A stretch of DNA of 64,000 bases, from positions 7,264,001 through 7,328,000 of the forward strand of contig OZ240241.1 in the NCBI GenBank assembly GCA_965198115.1, read 5' to 3'. The DNA is from Candidatus Latescibacterota bacterium. Its GTDB lineage: Bacteria > Latescibacterota > UBA2968. The notes beneath the pieces are model-generated. The model did not search any database, was not told the DNA's origin, and saw only the letters and a list, made by a program, of their open reading frames with translations. Below, in pieces: positions 30,971 to 42,296 of this stretch (position 1 is the first letter of the stretch; the number at the start of each line of letters is the position of its first letter). The translations under genes were made by a program, and so were the position numbers.

Positions 30971-31643
30971 GTAGGTATATCCCTATACTCAATAGGAGTG
31001 AATTTATTTCTTAAATTTACGGTACTATTTAGGTATATCAAGGTCAGTATGACCCGTGGAGGCTCTATGCGCTCCCGAAGCCCCGTATCAGCAGTTGTTG
31101 ACGACATCACTGATGAAAAGCATGCGTCACATTGCCCAATTGATGAGGTAGTGGCTCTCGCGACGCTTCGCTCCTTGCGGAGGTCGGTAACTTGATCTGC
31201 GAGGTATCCCGCAGTCTGGACCGGGCTCAAGGATCGGTCTTGACGTCCTCTGGGTTCGGAACCTCGTCGAGGTCCTCGAAAACCCGCACAGAAGGGCAAA
31301 GTTAAGCCCGCTCAGAGCCCATAATCAAACCACCCCGAACGTCTCACACTACGAACATCGCACCCAGAAAGGGGTCTACACGCATCGACGTGAGAGAGGG
31401 ATCTACGTCTCGGGACCGATTTCGGACGGCGGGAAGATCAAGGACCGAGAGGCTATGCAGAAGCACGTGGATAGAGCGTGTCCGGCGTCAACTATTCTTT
31501 TCAGCGACAACTATAATTCCCGTTGGTTTCTTTGATCAGTCGAGTTCTTCAATGGTCTACCTTTCATCTGGCTACCTCCACCTGTGGTGTGGGTATCTGG
31601 CCGAAGAAGTCGACAGTTTGTGTTTTGGGAGTGGAGGATTGCA

Positions 31644-32174
31644 TTGAAAAAGAAACTACCAAGACCACCGAATGGTGTGCGAGAAGCCAAAGAGCAGGCC
31701 CTGAGGATCGACGTGCGCCAGCTGGAGGCAAAGGGTAAAGGCCCAGCCGAGATTGCCCAAGAGCTTGGTCAGTCAGAGAAGATCATCGAAGAAGTGATCC
31801 AGCGTCTGAGGACACAGTCGATCTACACGAACCAGGATCTTCGCGTGGAGAACGTCCTCGCCTCATACTTGCAGAGACTCCAAGTGATCGATTCTGCGAC
31901 TTGGCGGGCGATTGAGGAGGCCGAGGATGTGTGGCAACAGAGGGCACTTCTGCTCGACCTGCGGACCTCGCTCCACAAGAGTCTGAAGGAAATGACGGGC
32001 GCGATTAAGGATTTGCTGCCCCCCGCAGAGCCAGAGCAGCCGAGTTTCTTCGACGTGGATGTCTCGAAGCTTCCAGACGATGAAAAGATGGATGCGTATG
32101 GAAGGGCACTCAGAAGGGCAGTTGATTCTGAGAAAGCTCGCGTCGAACCGGATGATCAGAAGGAGGGAAAGTGA
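31644..32174 (+). CDS. Hypothetical protein with HTH-like N-terminus
   Basis: SD GGAGG before TTG; GKGPAEIAQELGQSE helix-turn-helix pattern. Confidence 0.5.
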   Translation: MKKKLPRPPNGVREAKEQALRIDVRQLEAKGKGPAEIAQELGQSEKIIEEVIQRLRTQSIYTNQDLRVENVLASYLQRLQVIDSATWRAIEEAEDVWQQRALLLDLRTSLHKSLKEMTGAIKDLLPPAEPEQPSFFDVDVSKLPDDEKMDAYGRALRRAVDSEKARVEPDDQKEGK

Positions 32175-32198
32175 TGGACTTAGGCGCGAGGCTGCGGC

Positions 32199-32645
32199 GT
32201 GAGCCATTCCTACGGAAGCTCAACGATGCGTATCTGTGAGATAGCATCGAGGAGTTCGAGGCGATGTTGGGACGTAAGGATTCCGATCTCCCTCGTTCCT
32301 ATTCGTTCTGGGTCGGAAACGAAGGTCCTCTCAGGCATCGCGTGCGAGGACCTGATGAACCTGATCCTCGCGTCTGGGATCTGTCTTGGCCTGCCAGATG
32401 ACTGGGCGAGAGAAGATGCAGGAGGGATGAGGGTGACCATCACAGACGTCTGTTTCACCGGCGACGAGGACTTGTCGTATTCGATCTATGTCGCAGAGCG
32501 CGAGATCTTGACGGGTCTGTCGAAGCTCGATGTGCAACAGATCATCCTGATGATCGCAACCATACTTCGACTCAAGGATTCCTGGCAGCAGCGACGGAGC
32601 ACCGGCGTGAGGGTCACCGTCGAGGAAGATCCTTACAACTACTGA
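32199..32645 (+). CDS. Hypothetical protein
   Basis: 148-aa ORF co-oriented in the island early operon. Confidence 0.4.
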   Translation: MSHSYGSSTMRICEIASRSSRRCWDVRIPISLVPIRSGSETKVLSGIACEDLMNLILASGICLGLPDDWAREDAGGMRVTITDVCFTGDEDLSYSIYVAEREILTGLSKLDVQQIILMIATILRLKDSWQQRRSTGVRVTVEEDPYNY

Positions 32646-32751
32646 TGGTGCCCCTGGACAAACTGCGACTGAGGACGGACCTGCATCGATACACACGAGA
32701 CCCGAATGGCTCGCCCCGTTTTGCCCACCAAAAACACCAACCTGGCGATCG

Positions 32752-33171
32752 TTGAGGATGAGGCGCCCCTTGACTACTGAAACTGACTTTGCCGATCCCG
32801 TCAGGCTCCATAGTTACCGGTATCGAATGGGGAAGAACGAGGACGGAACGCTTCGGCTGTTCACAGCCTATCGATGCAGAGAGGGGCTGGTCTACGATGT
32901 GTGTGCACACTCGGCAGAGGAGTTGTCAGCTTGCGTCCCGCCGAAGGCAGGGAAGAGATTGCTCAGGAAGCATCCAGTCGACTTCAAGGTCAGCCAGATG
33001 GCAAGCGACGCAATGGTGCTCGTCTTTGACCGCCGGAACCTGGGCAAGCTGGCAGGTTCTCTGCGGTTGCGCAAGAGACGCAGAGCGTCAACGGGAGAAC
33101 GTGCGAGGCTTTGCAGGATGACTATGAAGTACTCGCCGTTCTTAAACGGTCCGAACGCGTGCAGGGCATAG
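32752..33171 (+). CDS. Hypothetical protein
   Basis: Basic 139-aa ORF co-oriented with neighbours. Confidence 0.45.
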   Translation: MRMRRPLTTETDFADPVRLHSYRYRMGKNEDGTLRLFTAYRCREGLVYDVCAHSAEELSACVPPKAGKRLLRKHPVDFKVSQMASDAMVLVFDRRNLGKLAGSLRLRKRRRASTGERARLCRMTMKYSPFLNGPNACRA

Positions 33172-33183
33172 GGGCTGAGAGGA

Positions 33184-33587
33184 ATGACGCAGCGACCGGA
33201 AGAGCCAGTGTTCCACGATGAGTGGATGCCAGTCCTGCTTTGCGACTGGCTGCCTGACACGACACTCGGTATGGCCGTCAGGATGCTGCGGAAGAAGTGG
33301 GGGATAACGGGTGGTCCCGACGATCTGAGCAGGATTACGCGGGAATGGGACCACGGTAAACGCAGGATTCTTCTAAGCGGATTAGCGGGCGATCTGTTTC
33401 AGCCGGGGCTTGACGGCGGATTCACCCACATTGTTCTGAGAGCGATGATGGACTACAGCCGTCCGGCCTACTTCTGCGCTACCCGATTTCCTGATAGGGT
33501 CGCTCAACTCAGAATTCTGTCGTGGCTCCCCCGCCACATCTGGTTGGGCCCTCACGTCACGAGCCACGAGGTGCTGGAACGGCTTGG
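33184..33587 (+). pseudogene. Divergent DUF5131 (Gp37/Gp68-like) fragment truncated by IS21
   Basis: [36 protein letters not shown] parallels the DUF5131 protein at 47374. Confidence 0.5.
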
Positions 33588-34285
33588 ACTACGTGCCCAA
33601 GCTCTTCCGCGAACTCTCCGTGGCGCAGGCCGATGGCAGTCTCACTCGCTTGCTCAGAAAACTGGCACGAGCCGATCTCCTCGTCATCGACGACTGGGGC
33701 CTCTCACCCCTCCCGATCAGTATCGACTGTTCCTCGAGATCCTTGATGACCGCCAGGGCACCGGTGCCACCTTCATCACCAGTCAATACCCGGTCAACAC
33801 CTGGCACGAACTTGCCGGCGATCCCACCGTGGGCGACGCCATCCTCGACCGACTCGTCCACAACGCACACAAGCTCGAACTCAAAGGTGACTCGCTCCGA
33901 AAGAAGGGAGGCAAAACATGAAAAACATCCCAAGACGAAACGGGGAACACAGGTTAAGACCGCTGAGCGCAAAATCACCATGCCCGTCACCCCCGATATA
34001 CGAACAGCCCATCCACAGGGGGCTCGTTGCCTCCTCGCCTACATTCTGACACAGCAACAGGGCACCCTCGATCCCGATGCTGCCACCCCTCATACACCTA
34101 CGGAGGCTATCACCCGCCATACTGACAGACTCGGCTAAAAACACCGGGGCAAGACACACCGATTTCCACCTCAAAACTTGACCCAAAGTTACCACTCTCA
34201 CATCATCACAAACACCAGCGTCGCTTCGCTCCGATCAGTGGCAACTTTGAACCGAAAAGGGTGGAAACTTTCACCGAAATCCGCA
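33588..34285 (+). mobile_element. istB: IS21 remnant (istB 3' half and right end)
   Basis: [31 protein letters not shown] with a frameshift near 33710; repeated ACTTT..CCGAA boxes ending CA. Confidence 0.85.
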
Positions 34286-35173
34286 CTCTCCTTGGGCTCT
34301 GAGTTTCGAAGATTGCGAACTAAAAACGCTCGGTCTCATCAATCCCTCAAGACAAAAAGCCCGAACGCCAGGAAAGGGTCGTCTTGGGGACCCCAAACCT
34401 GAAATCCGGGCGCGGGATAAACCGATCCTCGTTACCCTAAATCACAGACATGTCGATCGACTCCTCAGATCCGATGATCTTGATGTTCGTTACTATTCCT
34501 CTTTGAGATCGATGGTGCCAAATGACGGAGCTTTGATCAGATCAAGGACCTCGTTACCATTGAAATCCCTGACTCTCACAGTGTCGTCCGAATGATCTGC
34601 TGTGCGAGGCTTGCCGTTCTGCCTTACTACTCGCAGATCTACTGCACCGTCCTCCGGAGCACTTATCTGAAGAGCGAAAATGGAAAGGGTGAATACGATG
34701 GCCAGCATTCCACCGACCATCGCTCCAGCAGCGATGTAGAAAGTGGACAGAGCATCGCCCGAGACTTCAAACCAACGCGGAAGAATCAGTCCGATGAGGA
34801 CAGCAGTACCGAGAATGGCCGTTACACGCGAGCGGAGCTTGCGGAGACCCCACGAAAGGTTCACCACAACGAACTTGCGAGACCACTGAAGGTAGGGTAG
34901 AATCTTTAGGGCGCTTACGATAGTTCTAAGCTCAGTAGTGATTTTCTTGAGGAAGGCCTTGATCGACGGGCGGCGCAAGACCCGCTCTTCTATCTCTTCC
35001 CACCAATACGCCAAGTAGTCTCGCACGCCTAACCCCGAGTACCTTCACATAGCCCTTGGTTATTCCTGATCCCCCTACCCCTCCAACTCCTCTGCGATTG
35101 CGGTGAACTGCTCAAGCGCAGTCTGGAGGTCGTCGGCATTCTCTTGCCCGATGATTCCATCAACATCGGTACG

Positions 35174-37231
35174 TCACCCGGCGCGGTCCTGTATTCGCGG
35201 CTCCACATCCTTCAGCGTATCGAAAATCCCTTCGATCACACTCTCTTTCCCCGCGAACAATCCGTCCGGACCCCCGTCGTGCAGATTGCTGAACGGAGCC
35301 TCGTACAGAGTGGCCGCTTCCATCACACCCCGAGCGGTAAGCTGATCGATCACCATCTCGATGAAACGAATCTGTGGTGCTGTCAGGCTCCTATCGTGGA
35401 GAAATGAGGCGAATACCTCGTTCGCTGCGGCTCTGTCCATACCAACCAGACTACGTACGAAGTGCGCCAAAGACGGAGCACCGCTGCGAACAAGCAACCC
35501 CGAGAGTAAGGCATCGCCGTCGTCCTCACCGATCTCCTTGAGTGTTGCTTCCAATCCTTCGAGATCGGTTGCAGTGAGAGGCTGGTTCGTTCGAAGTCGA
35601 TGGATCACGATGTGATCGAGATGGTCGCGCAGGTAGTCTTCTACTTTCCTCTGATACTGCGGCCCCGTCATCTTTGGAATGTAAAGCGCTTCCTCCTCCC
35701 GCACGCTCAGGACTTCATCCATAAAGTCGGTGTAGACGATCTTGCGGTGCTTCTTATCAATGAATGGCACCAATCCACGAACCCGTAGCCGCAGGTCCTC
35801 CAGCGTCGTCACGTCGATCCCGTCCCAAAACGTGGTCTCCTGAATGTTGGCGAGATAGGCTGCCTCTGCCGCAACCGCAGGAATAGCCGTTTTCTCCTCC
35901 AGCATCATCGTGATCTCAATGACCCGCTGACGACGGTTCTCGAACGCAGTCTGGTCGTTCTCGGCCAAGGCAAGCTGCATCCGCAAGGCTGTAAGATCGA
36001 AGAGGCGGCATTCGATGTCGTCGGCCTCGATCTGGCTCGGTAGGTTTGCTATGTCACGATGCAACGTTTCCCGATCCGCTTCGTTCAGCGATTCCCACGT
36101 TCCCCGCTGCTGGAAATGCTCTACAGCCTCCAGATGTCCCCGTACGATGAAGTTATCCCGGTTCATCGCCGCGACCTCGGTGTACAAACCGTCGGTGAGA
36201 GAACCCTTCAGCGTGGCGTCGGGGTCCAACTCCGGAGTCTCGTGAACGTGTCCGAGCAGCTTGACCCGGGCTTGGAAAAGGCGCGTACCGATCGGAGTCG
36301 AGTCGTTGGCCTCGATGCCGTCCGGGTTCTCACGGAAAAAGTCGAAATTGAAACAGAAGTCGAAGACGCGGAAATCCTGCTTATCCTCTCCGGGTCCGAG
36401 GAGATCGGGGCACAGACGCGTGCCTCGACCGATCATCTGCCAAAACTTGATCTTCGAGTACACAGGCTTGAAGAATACCAGATTGACAACCTCGGGCACG
36501 TCGATGCCGGTGTCGAGCATGTCAACCGAGATCGCGATGTGTGGTGCTTTGTCCTTCTGTGAAAAGTCGTCGATCAAGCTCTGCGGATATTTCGCATAGT
36601 GGTCGATCACGCGGGCGAAATGACCCGCGTACTCCGGGTAGTGATGGTTGAAACGCTCCTCTATGAATTTCGCATGATCGTGGTTTCGGGCGAAGACGAT
36701 CGTTTTGCCGAGACGATCACCTGCATCCACCCGGTGACCGTTTTCCATCAGATGTTGCAGCACCTTGTCCACCGTGTCTTTGTTGAAGAGCCAGCTATTG
36801 ATCGCTGCGGAGTTGACACGGTCCGGGAGAGGATCGTCTGCGTCATCACCCCAATCGATGCTCTCCCACTCGTCCTTCTCTTCCTCACTGAGCGAGTCGT
36901 AGACGATTCCCTCTCGGGGAAAACGCAGATCGACTTGTTCCACCCGGGGCGGCACAAGGAAGCCATCGATGACCGCCGTTTCTAACTCATACGTGTCCGT
37001 TGGAACTCCGGGCTCCAAGTCGAACAGTTCGTAGGTGTTTCGATCCACCTGCTCCCGAGGCGTCGCCGTCAAGCCGACCAGCAGCGAGTCGAAATACCTG
37101 AAAATCTCGCGGTATCTCTGATAGACGGATCGGTGAGCCTCATCGATGATCACGAGATCGAAGTGACCCACGCCGAATCGTGCCTCGTTGCCCTTAGTCT
37201 CGTCGATCAGACCCATCATCGTGGGATAGGG
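35174..37231 (-). pseudogene. hsdR: Type I restriction endonuclease R subunit, 5'-truncated
   Basis: IIDEAHRS, GLTATP, SVDMLDTGIDVP, QMIGRGTR and EcoEI-type C-terminus; nuclease and Walker A regions absent. Confidence 0.88.
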
Positions 37232-37481
37232 TGTCCTCAGCGATATTCAGGGCGGTTCTCCTTTCTCGTCCAGAATGATTGGGGACCATGTTCTGTGTCT
37301 GGGGGATGCCAACAACATCCCCCAGATTCTTATATCTTAAAATATAAACAATAGGTTAGAACCAATCAAGAAGAAAACTCATAATAACATATTGTTTTAT
37401 ATATAGTTATGGCCATTATGGCATAGGGCTTGTAGTAGGGGTGGGGGAACTGCTGCCGCGACCGGTCCGCGCCAGACGGTC

Positions 37482-38235
37482 ATGCTCGAGTATCCGGGTC
37501 CCGAAGACAGGAAACTTCGAGGCGCACTCTTCCTACCCTTACACCACCAACCTGGCGACCAATGCTCAACAGTGATTGAGGTATACTACGGGGCCATGCA
37601 GTCAGGTTATGTGAATGCGTTTGGAACCCATAACTCTGTGTGGCTCACAGCCTGTGGATACGGGATCTTCCTTCCTGATCTGCCCCGCCTTGGGTGTGGC
37701 CCTGCTGATGCAATTTCATCCCTTGTTGAGGCTGCAGCGGACGCAGTTGTGGAACAGGGATACGCCGATCCTGATGCACTGGGCCTGATCGGTGGGAGCC
37801 TCGGTGGTTACTCAGTGAACTGCACCATTACCCGGAGCACCAGGTTCAAGGCTGCTGTCGCAGTCGCGTCCTACAGCGATCTGGTGTCTTTCTCCCTGAC
37901 TCTGTCAGGAAACGCCGTTACGTTGGCTTGAGACGTACCCAATGGATCTGGGAGGGCCGCCTTGGGAGATTCCAGGTCAATACCTCGAAAATTCGCCCGT
38001 CACGCGACATTGAGATGACGTTACGACCCCTCTGCTCCTACTTCACGGTACAGCAGACAAAGCCGTACCAATCCACCAAGCTGAGGAGATCTATGCCGGC
38101 TTGTTGCGGCTTGGGAAGACCGCGTCTCTCGTTCAGTATCACGGCGAAGGACATTCACCCCTTGAATGGTCGGAAGACAACAAGAGGGACTACCGGGAGC
38201 GAATCTCTGGATGGTTTGATCGGTTCCTTAGATGA
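37482..38235 (+). pseudogene. S9 prolyl-oligopeptidase family catalytic-domain remnant
   Basis: GLIGGSLGGY; second frame GGPPWE..Y.ENSP..LLLHGTAD..V..GEGH; frameshift near 37920 and an internal TGA. Confidence 0.8.
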
Positions 38236-38267
38236 AGTCGGCGGTGCGACAAAAGAGGTAAAGGATC

Positions 38268-40685
38268 ATGTTTCGTAGCTATGTGAACATGGCGGTGCGT
38301 AGCCTGCTCCGTCATCCGGGTTACACCGGGATCAATATCCTGGGTTTATCGATGGGGATCGGCTGCTGTCTGCTGTTTCTGATGTTCGTGCAGCACGAGC
38401 TGTCGTACGACAGTTTCCACCAGAGGGCCGACCGAATTTATCGGGTTGTGGACCGTCTGGAATGGCAGAACGGAGAAGTAGACTACCTGAGTATGCAGCC
38501 GGTGGAGTTTGCCAATGAGGCACCGAAGCAGGTTGCGGGGATCGAGGCGGCATCAGGGTTCATCAAGACGTCAACAGGGGTGCGACACGAAGAGCGCGAG
38601 TTCGAGACAGCTGTGGGTCTGGTGCACGCAGATTTCCTCAACATCTTCTCCTTCGAGCTGCTAGCCGGTGAGCGCGAATCCGCCATCGGCGACCCATTGT
38701 CGGTCGTGATCGACGGGGATCTGGCAACACGCTTGTACGGGCTCCATCAGAAGGAATATCAAGAAGCGATTGGGAAGACACTGACCCTGGATGACGTCAG
38801 CGAGCGTGTGTTCACGGTGACCGGAGTAATGACGCCAGTCCCCCGAAACTCAAGCCTTCACTTTGAAGCGCTTGCGTCGATCGATCACCACAAGGGTTTC
38901 TCGATCAACAGAGACATCAGCGGCGCCGCTTCCACCTATGTCCTGTTGCGGGAGGGAACAAGCGCCTCGCTGGCCGAGTCGACTTTGGCGCCACTTCTTG
39001 AGTCCCTCCTTGCCCAGAGAATCGAGATCATGAGGACTTTCTCTGTCTGGGTTTTGGATAGATTCAGTCTCGAGCTCCAGCCTCTCCATGAGGTGTACCT
39101 GAACAAGATCGGAACGTGGAACTCCTATGAAAAGGAAGGCAGCGAGCTGGGGGCGCAGACGCTGGGCGGGATCGCATTGTTCGTTCTGTCTATTGGGTGT
39201 GTCAACTTTACCACGCTGGCAATTGCCCGAGCCTCGAGCCGAGTCCGAGAAGTCGGCATCCGGAAGATGCTTGGAGCAGGTCGCGGCCGAATCCGACGGC
39301 AGATGTGGGGAGAGGCAGTCATGCTGTGCTGCATCTCCCTTTGCGTCGGTGTCGTGTTCGCGGAGCTGGCTCTGCCAGCGTTCGAGGGCATTGTAAGACG
39401 CGATCTGTCTCTGCAGGACATTCCTATCTGGATTCAAGGATGGGGGTTGCTTGGCGTTTTGGTGCTGAGTGCCGGAATCGCTGGCTACCCAGCGATGCAG
39501 CTTTCGCGGGTAGAGCCAGCTGTCTCGGCGAAGGGGAAGTCGGGTTTGGGTACGCGAACTCGGGCTATCGGCGCGCTCGTGATTCTCCAATTCGCATTGA
39601 CTTCTGGTTTGATGGTCAGCGTCATACTGATGCGCGAGCAGCTGGCCTATGTGCTTACAAAAGACCTTGGATTTCAAAAGGAAGAGATCGCTGTTTTACC
39701 GACAGGGTCGGATTCGATCGGAGTTCGATACAAGATTTCGGTTCTGGCAAATCCGCTCGTCCAGGCTGCTACACTGAGCGATCGGGCGTTCACTGACGGT
39801 TGGAACACGAGGCAGATTGATCACCCGGACCGGACGCCAGGTAGTCACCTTGAGGTGAGGATCATCCGAGGGGATGCGGACTACCTCAAGACCTTGGGGA
39901 TACGTCAGCTTACTGGACGGAACTTTCGGACAGAGGAGGTTGCAGGAGTATCAAACGTTGTGCTGGTGAACGAGACGCTTGCGAGAGCCTTCGGGGAAAG
40001 AGGTCCGATTGGCGAGCAACTGGCTGGCCTCAAGATCGATGAGCGAGTAAACGAACCCGAGGTAATCGGAGTGATAGCTGATTATCACGTGAGTTCACTG
40101 CACTCCGTCATTCCGCCGACGGTGCTGCATCTGGGCCGGTACATGAATCGTGCGAAGCTGATCGCGCGGCTCGATCCAGCTAGGACGGAGGAAGCTCTCG
40201 CTCACATGAAGGAGACGTGGGACAAGGTCGTGGCCGAGAGGCCGTTCAACATCAGCTGGCTGGATGACAGACTGCGGAGCCAGTATCAGGATGAGCAACG
40301 GTGGGGGACGATCACGCGCTACGCGCTGGCGTTTGCGATCCTGATTTCCTGTCTTGGAATGATAGGGATGTCAGCGCTATCGAGCGATGAGCGCCGGAGA
40401 GAAGTAGCGGTGCGGAAGGTGCTCCGGGCGACCGTTCAGCAGGTGGTGTCCCTGCTCAATCGTGATTTCGTAAAGCTCGTTTTTGTGGCTAATATTCTCG
40501 CAGCGCTCCCTGCGTACTACGTGATGAGTCGTTGGCTCGATACCTTTGCCTATCGCGTCAACATAGGCTGGGAGTTATTCGGAATCGTTGCAGTGGTTTC
40601 ACTGGGGATTGCTGTGGCTGCGATTAGTGTGCAGACAGTAACAGCTGCCTTGGCAGACCCCGTTGTTGGCCTAAGACAAGAATGA
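38268..40685 (+). CDS. MacB/FtsX-type ABC transporter permease (duplicated domain)
   Basis: YDSFH..ADRIYR, LQPL, R.REVGIRK.LGA, KDLGF, ADPV..LRQE. Confidence 0.9.
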   Translation: MFRSYVNMAVRSLLRHPGYTGINILGLSMGIGCCLLFLMFVQHELSYDSFHQRADRIYRVVDRLEWQNGEVDYLSMQPVEFANEAPKQVAGIEAASGFIKTSTGVRHEEREFETAVGLVHADFLNIFSFELLAGERESAIGDPLSVVIDGDLATRLYGLHQKEYQEAIGKTLTLDDVSERVFTVTGVMTPVPRNSSLHFEALASIDHHKGFSINRDISGAASTYVLLREGTSASLAESTLAPLLESLLAQRIEIMRTFSVWVLDRFSLELQPLHEVYLNKIGTWNSYEKEGSELGAQTLGGIALFVLSIGCVNFTTLAIARASSRVREVGIRKMLGAGRGRIRRQMWGEAVMLCCISLCVGVVFAELALPAFEGIVRRDLSLQDIPIWIQGWGLLGVLVLSAGIAGYPAMQLSRVEPAVSAKGKSGLGTRTRAIGALVILQFALTSGLMVSVILMREQLAYVLTKDLGFQKEEIAVLPTGSDSIGVRYKISVLANPLVQAATLSDRAFTDGWNTRQIDHPDRTPGSHLEVRIIRGDADYLKTLGIRQLTGRNFRTEEVAGVSNVVLVNETLARAFGERGPIGEQLAGLKIDERVNEPEVIGVIADYHVSSLHSVIPPTVLHLGRYMNRAKLIARLDPARTEEALAHMKETWDKVVAERPFNISWLDDRLRSQYQDEQRWGTITRYALAFAILISCLGMIGMSALSSDERRREVAVRKVLRATVQQVVSLLNRDFVKLVFVANILAALPAYYVMSRWLDTFAYRVNIGWELFGIVAVVSLGIAVAAISVQTVTAALADPVVGLRQE

Positions 40686-40715
40686 CTGAGAATCCCACCT
40701 GAGCGATATCCCTAG

Positions 40716-41056
40716 GAGCCTGTCGGAGTACCAGCCGGAGGAAGATTTCGTATTGTAGAAGTGCGATCAAGGTTCCGACTCTGAATTGGAGGTTTCCGTT
40801 GAGCACTTCTACTGGGTTTCGTGTCTACAATCCGGCTCAGTTGATGTTGCTGCCTCCGGATCTCCGGAGTTGGCTTCCCAAGGGTCATCCGACCTACTTC
40901 ATTCTGGATATCGTCGGACAACTTGATTTGTCCGCGATCTACGAGACCTACGATGGGTCTCAAGGTGGCCAGCCACCGTATGATCCCCGGATGATGGTGA
41001 GCCTACTGCTGTATGGTTACTGCGAAGGCATCAGGAGCTCCCGCAAGATCGAGAGC
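40716..41056 (+). mobile_element. IS1182 family 5' remnant
   Basis: GAGCCTGTCGGA end; LLPPDL..WLP..H, GQPPYDPRMM..LLYGY..GIRSSRKIE. Confidence 0.8.
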
Positions 41057-41087
41057 CTTCAGCGCCCCTCCGGGGGGCTGTTCGGAA

Positions 41088-41233
41088 ACCAGCCGCCCAC
41101 CCAGTACCAGGGAGCTGGGCACATGCCCGCCCCGGTGAGCCTGTCGCTCTTCCGTGTGCCGATAACGAGGCCCGCACACCTGCGTCCGCTCCGACTCAAG
41201 CACCTCAATGACGTGCGCCAACCCGGACACCAG
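41088..41233 (-). mobile_element. Internal fragment of the IS256 at 25460
   Basis: Near-identical to ~26536-26681. Confidence 0.85.
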
Positions 41234-41263
41234 ATCGGATAGGCGCAGTAGTCAAGGTCGCAT

Positions 41264-41412
41264 TTGCTTCAGCCCGCGCCCCTGTTCGCACCGACCCCCA
41301 AGGCCGCCCGGCGCGTCCTGGAGTTTTTCACCGCCCAGATCAACAACGACCACACCCGCCGGGCCTACCTGAACGCCTCGCGGCGCTTCGCCGCCTGGTG
41401 CGACGCCCGTGG
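41264..41412 (+). pseudogene. Fragment of a tyrosine recombinase paralogous to 43942
   Basis: PTPKAARR.LEFFTAQINN.HTRRAYL shared with the 43942 ORF. Confidence 0.8.
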
Positions 41413-41582
41413 CAAGTGGGACACATGGAGGTGGGACAACTCAGGCCCGCGCCAAGGCCGAGGGGATGACGCAGACAGATTTGCTGATTAACCTAATACT
41501 GACACATCAGGTGTAGGTGTAGGAATCCACCAAGACGGTAGGAAAGGAACTCGGCCCCCGGTCGAACGATCGGCGGCCTTTT

Positions 41583-41895
41583 CAGTCGGTACACGCTGCA
41601 CTTCATTGGCGTGAGGAATTCATCACGCAGGATCTCACCGGGATGCACCAGCGGCAGCTGCCGCCCCGACACCACGTCTGAGAAATCAACCGCTCCTCGG
41701 TCCATCTCCTCAATGGTAGTCAACGATCTCGACCTCCCATGCTTCACCATCGCGCCACGCGAAACAGATACGCCATCGTTCGTTGACGCGAATGCTGTCG
41801 TGCCCGCGGCGGTCGCCCTTCAACGCCTCAAGCCGATTACCGGGCGGTGCTCTCAGATCATCCAGTCGGCCGGCGGCCTCGAGAAGGGCGATCTG
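41583..41895 (-). pseudogene. HigBA toxin-antitoxin remnant (higB 3' part, higA 5' part)
   Basis: PPGNRLEALKGDRRG..SIRVNERWRICF..VEIVDYH, then VHPGEILRDEFLTP. Confidence 0.82.
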
Positions 41896-42296
41896 CTCCT
41901 GCAGCGCGGTGAGCATCCCCTCCACATCAAGCCGCCGTCTCATCTGCGATCTGCCTAAGAGCCCCGCAGACGCGTGTCCGATTTTTCGTTCTCATCGTTC
42001 GCAATCCCGGCGATGACCTCGATGCGATCCCGGCGGTGCGTGAGCGGAATATCGGACAAGTCAACCCGAAATTCAGCCTTGCACCGGGCCTTCTCGGCCA
42101 GAAATGCATCATCTTTGAGCCAATTGTAAATTTTGGAACGCGTTACACCCATATTCCAACGCCATTTTTTTCGTGTTCTGGCCCGAGATCTCAAGCCTGG
42201 CGCACACATTGGGCGCACTCGATGTGCTTTCGGTGAGTGTCATGGCCCCTCTTTTTACGTCATTCTAACAACGGGTGCTTTTCGATGCCAAAATAT

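Noticed and set aside
33184-33921. 245-aa ORF as one protein
   Set aside because: Chimera of a DUF5131-like fragment and frameshifted istB
37921-38030. In-frame TGA in the S9 peptidase as selenocysteine/recoding
   Set aside because: The gene also has a frameshift and a 5' truncation, and the TGA is not at a Cys position; decay explains it
41955-42243. Terminase small subunit-like HTH gene
   Set aside because: Too short and fragmentary to support a call
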